From the NCBI GenBank assembly GCA_002245135.1, contig NGBS01000304.1, forward strand, positions 124,001 to 188,000: DNA of 64,000 nucleotides, given 5' to 3'. Shown piece after piece: positions 61,153 to 64,000 of the stretch. This stretch comes from Proteromonas lacertae. Lineage: Eukaryota. Positions within the stretch are counted from its first letter, which is position 1. The number at the start of each line of letters is the position of its first letter. The position numbers and the translations under genes were made by a program. The notes beneath the pieces are model-generated. The model was not told the DNA's origin and did not search any database. It was given only the letters and a program-made list of their open reading frames with translations.

Positions 61153-64000
61153 TTAATCTTTTTTAATTTCATTTTCATGAACTTCTATTTTACTAGATTC
61201 TTCATTGTCTTGTTTTGAAGTTTCATTTTCTTTCTTTGGTTTGTCATCTTCTTTAACTTCTTCATCTTTCTTTGCACTTTCATTTTTATTCTCTTCTTCA
61301 TTTTCTTTCACTTCTTCTTTATTGGAAGTTTCATTATTATCATTTTCTTGCTTTCTATTCTCATCCTCTTTCACCTCTTCCTTCTCTTCTTCTTCTTTCT
61401 TTGGAGTAGTTTCATTTTTATTATCCTCAATTTTAGAATTATCATTCTCATTATCTTTTTCTTTCAGTTTTTCAACAGAATCATTACTATTCTCTTTCAC
61501 TAAATCATTATCTTTTACTACTTCAGATTTTTTATCATTATTATCATCATCATCTTCTTCTTCTTTATCATCATTATCTTTTGGATTAATCTTCTTCAAC
61601 TTCTTTGGAATTGGTTTAATAGGTTTAATAACTACATGTGATGGTTTTTTATTCATATTTTTATTCAGTAACAATAAAACTATTACAACTATCAAAACAA
61701 CACCAACAATCACTCCAACTATTATTCCAAATATTTCACCACCATTTAGTCCATCATTTTCACTGTTATTCTTACTATCACTTTTGTCAAATTTACCTTC
61801 ATTATTATTTTCTAATAACTTATTCTCATTCAATATTTTAATTGCTTCTGAACCAACTTCTATATCTGATACCTTATAAACATCAGTATATGGATTATTG
61901 ATCAATATTTCTTTAAACATATTCTCTTTTAACTTCAATTCAGCTTCTATTGATGATTTTATTTCTTCATTAGAATATATATAAGTATACACTCCAATAA
62001 TATCACTATTGCTACTTTTACTTTGAATATTTCTAAATCTCAAATTATTATTGATGAAATAATTAACATTTGGTGGTTTTGAATCAACAATAACAGTTAA
62101 ATTCTTATCTTTATTTTTATTAATCACTTCATTCACTGTATATAAAATACTTTTATACGTATTTAAATCATTTATATCAAAACTTTTCTTCAAGTTATAA
62201 ATCATTATTGGATAGACAGTTAAAGATACTTTCTCAATATCATTTGTTATTGAAGGAGGAATAAAATCTTCATTTATATCTAAACTTATTCTTTCACAAT
62301 AATTAATAGTTTTATTATCCCATTCACCATAATATTCCTTTTGATTATTATTCTCTATTACTTTCAATATACATTTTCTAGATATATAATATTTGTAATT
62401 CTTTGGACAACTAATGATTGATTCACTATTTACTTCAGTTTCTTCCCATATACCATCTTCTGGACAATTGATTTTGTTGACTGTTATTTCTATCTTTTCT
62501 ATATTACTTTTACCTACTTCATTTATTCCATATATTTCATAAACATGTGATGATAATATTTCTTTTCCTATACCACTAATTATTCCTGTTTTTTCATCAA
62601 ATTCTAATCCATTTGGTAACTTTGTTGGATTAATCACATATTTATCAATTTTGCCACTCACTTTATATGGTTTTATCTCTAAATTAGTAATATTCACATA
62701 TAAATTATAATATTTATCTAAGTATTGAATGGTTGGTATTTTCATTTCACATTTACCCATTACTTCACTAAAAACAGGATTAGAAACATAAGGACAATCT
62801 CTTAACACAGTTCCTTCATAATCATCAGATTTCATATAAACAGAACAATCTAAAATCGATTGAAATCCAATTGCAACACTTTCAAAGCCATCTTCAGTCT
62901 GTTTACAATATAATATATTCACTGTAAACTTCAATTCGATTATATCACTACCAAAACTACCACTAAATGCTTGTATTTTTACTGATTTTGGTTTAGAGGT
63001 TGAACTGTAGGGATTTCCTGATATTTCACCAGTTTCTTCATCCAATTCTAAACCTAATGGTAAACTACCATCAACAATCATGAATTTATCAATTTTAATA
63101 TTTCCATTTTCACTGCTAATGGATGGACTTATTGTTTCAATATCTAAATTACAACCAAATACATATTCTTTAGGATTATAATCAATTATTGGTTTTGGAG
63201 GAATACAATTCTCTTCATTTATATATTCATCCCATTTTGGCTCAATTCCATAACCACATAATCTATAAGCATAACCTTTATAACCACTTTGACATTGTAC
63301 TTTGTATTTTGTTCCTTCATTTACTTCAGGAAATCCTAAAATTGGATCTTCTGGACATTTTGGTTGAATTATTTTGATTGAGAATTTAAATGTCTTTATT
63401 ATATCATCTTTTGCTTCAATTTCTATAACAATTGATGTTGTTTGATTTGTTAATGGATCTATTGTGATTTTAGTTGGATTTCCTGATAATATTCCAGTAT
63501 TACTATCTAAAGAAAGACCATAAGATTTCAAAGATTCACTTTCATGTTTAACAGTAAAAACAGTATGAGTTAATCTTCCTTCAAACTCAGGAATAATCTC
63601 CAAATTATGACCAATATATAAGTTAAATAAAGAAGAATTATATTCAAATTTGATTGGATTAGGGAATCTACAATCATTAACCATATTTTCCCATTGAGGA
63701 GTAATTTTATCATTAGAACATTTTATATATTTATCACCAACTTGACCTTCTATTTCACATCCATAACTTATCTTTTGACCTGCATATTTCTTTGGCAAAT
63801 TATCAGTCGGTAAACAGTAAGGCATTTCTATTTGAATATTCACTTTTGTTGAGATTGAATTGAATGAATAATAGCCATAAACAGTGAATTCTATTATTTC
63901 TTTATTCAAATATTTTTCTGTATCAACTATACCATAGATTGTACCAGTTATTCTATCAAATTTTAATCCATTTATTACTGTTTCAATATTTGGTTGAATA
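61153..64000 (-). CDS. Large type I surface protein with alternating putative-Ig (He_PIG-like) and Cys-rich modules (5' end outside window)
   Basis: Repeated LP.GL..D..TG.ISG and C..DG.W..T......CP......R.C...W modules, TM helix GEIFGIIVGVIVGVVLIVVIVLLLL and a charged tail. Confidence 0.85.
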   Translation of the reverse strand, partial: IQPNIETVINGLKFDRITGTIYGIVDTEKYLNKEIIEFTVYGYYSFNSISTKVNIQIEMPYCLPTDNLPKKYAGQKISYGCEIEGQVGDKYIKCSNDKITPQWENMVNDCRFPNPIKFEYNSSLFNLYIGHNLEIIPEFEGRLTHTVFTVKHESESLKSYGLSLDSNTGILSGNPTKITIDPLTNQTTSIVIEIEAKDDIIKTFKFSIKIIQPKCPEDPILGFPEVNEGTKYKVQCQSGYKGYAYRLCGYGIEPKWDEYINEENCIPPKPIIDYNPKEYVFGCNLDIETISPSISSENGNIKIDKFMIVDGSLPLGLELDEETGEISGNPYSSTSKPKSVKIQAFSGSFGSDIIELKFTVNILYCKQTEDGFESVAIGFQSILDCSVYMKSDDYEGTVLRDCPYVSNPVFSEVMGKCEMKIPTIQYLDKYYNLYVNITNLEIKPYKVSGKIDKYVINPTKLPNGLEFDEKTGIISGIGKEILSSHVYEIYGINEVGKSNIEKIEITVNKINCPEDGIWEETEVNSESIISCPKNYKYYISRKCILKVIENNNQKEYYGEWDNKTINYCERISLDINEDFIPPSITNDIEKVSLTVYPIMIYNLKKSFDINDLNTYKSILYTVNEVINKNKDKNLTVIVDSKPPNVNYFINNNLRFRNIQSKSSNSDIIGVYTYIYSNEEIKSSIEAELKLKENMFKEILINNPYTDVYKVSDIEVGSEAIKILNENKLLENNNEGKFDKSDSKNNSENDGLNGGEIFGIIVGVIVGVVLIVVIVLLLLNKNMNKKPSHVVIKPIKPIPKKLKKINPKDNDDKEEEDDDDNNDKKSEVVKDNDLVKENSNDSVEKLKEKDNENDNSKIEDNKNETTPKKEEEEKEEVKEDENRKQENDNNETSNKEEVKENEEENKNESAKKDEEVKEDDKPKKENETSKQDNEESSKIEVHENEIKKD

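Noticed and set aside
1..64000. Stop codons created by polyadenylation (known in human Blastocystis subtypes) or a reassigned genetic code
   Set aside because: Every complete gene model ends in a genomic TAA, TAG or TGA, and internal stops are explained by introns, indels or pseudogene decay. TGTTT-like motifs occur downstream of encoded stops.

Overview
Very AT-rich, gene-dense eukaryotic nuclear DNA. It holds about 24 protein-coding loci, roughly 70 inferred spliceosomal introns (mostly 25-36 nt, usually starting GTAT and ending TAG) and intergenic gaps often under 100 nt. Intron size and the Ig-like/Cys-rich surface proteins suggest a Blastocystis-like stramenopile (inference only). Genes recognised by splicing by hand: TFIIH p62, biotin-protein ligase, TMEM39-like, a signal-peptide-bearing Moco-sulfurase-like enzyme, two Sti1-like TPR paralogs, 3R-MYB, CCDC153/DRC12-like, eIF3a, a decayed LRR gene, HSD17B14-type SDR, RPF2, a Vps16 with an NPF-repeat tail, two lid-less Hsp70s, a TKL kinase, a P2X receptor, NFKBIL1-like and several surface proteins. 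About 23 kb (30909-53958, minus strand) is one giant coiled-coil gene with a 342-nt repeat array, a 2502-nt repeat array and a C-terminal FYVE-like zinc finger. The most striking signal is three 50-52 nt minor-spliceosome-type introns with an ATATCTTT donor. One is AT-AC, and two appear to end in a non-canonical TGTGTAA acceptor (AT-AA). All gene models are manual and no database searches were run.
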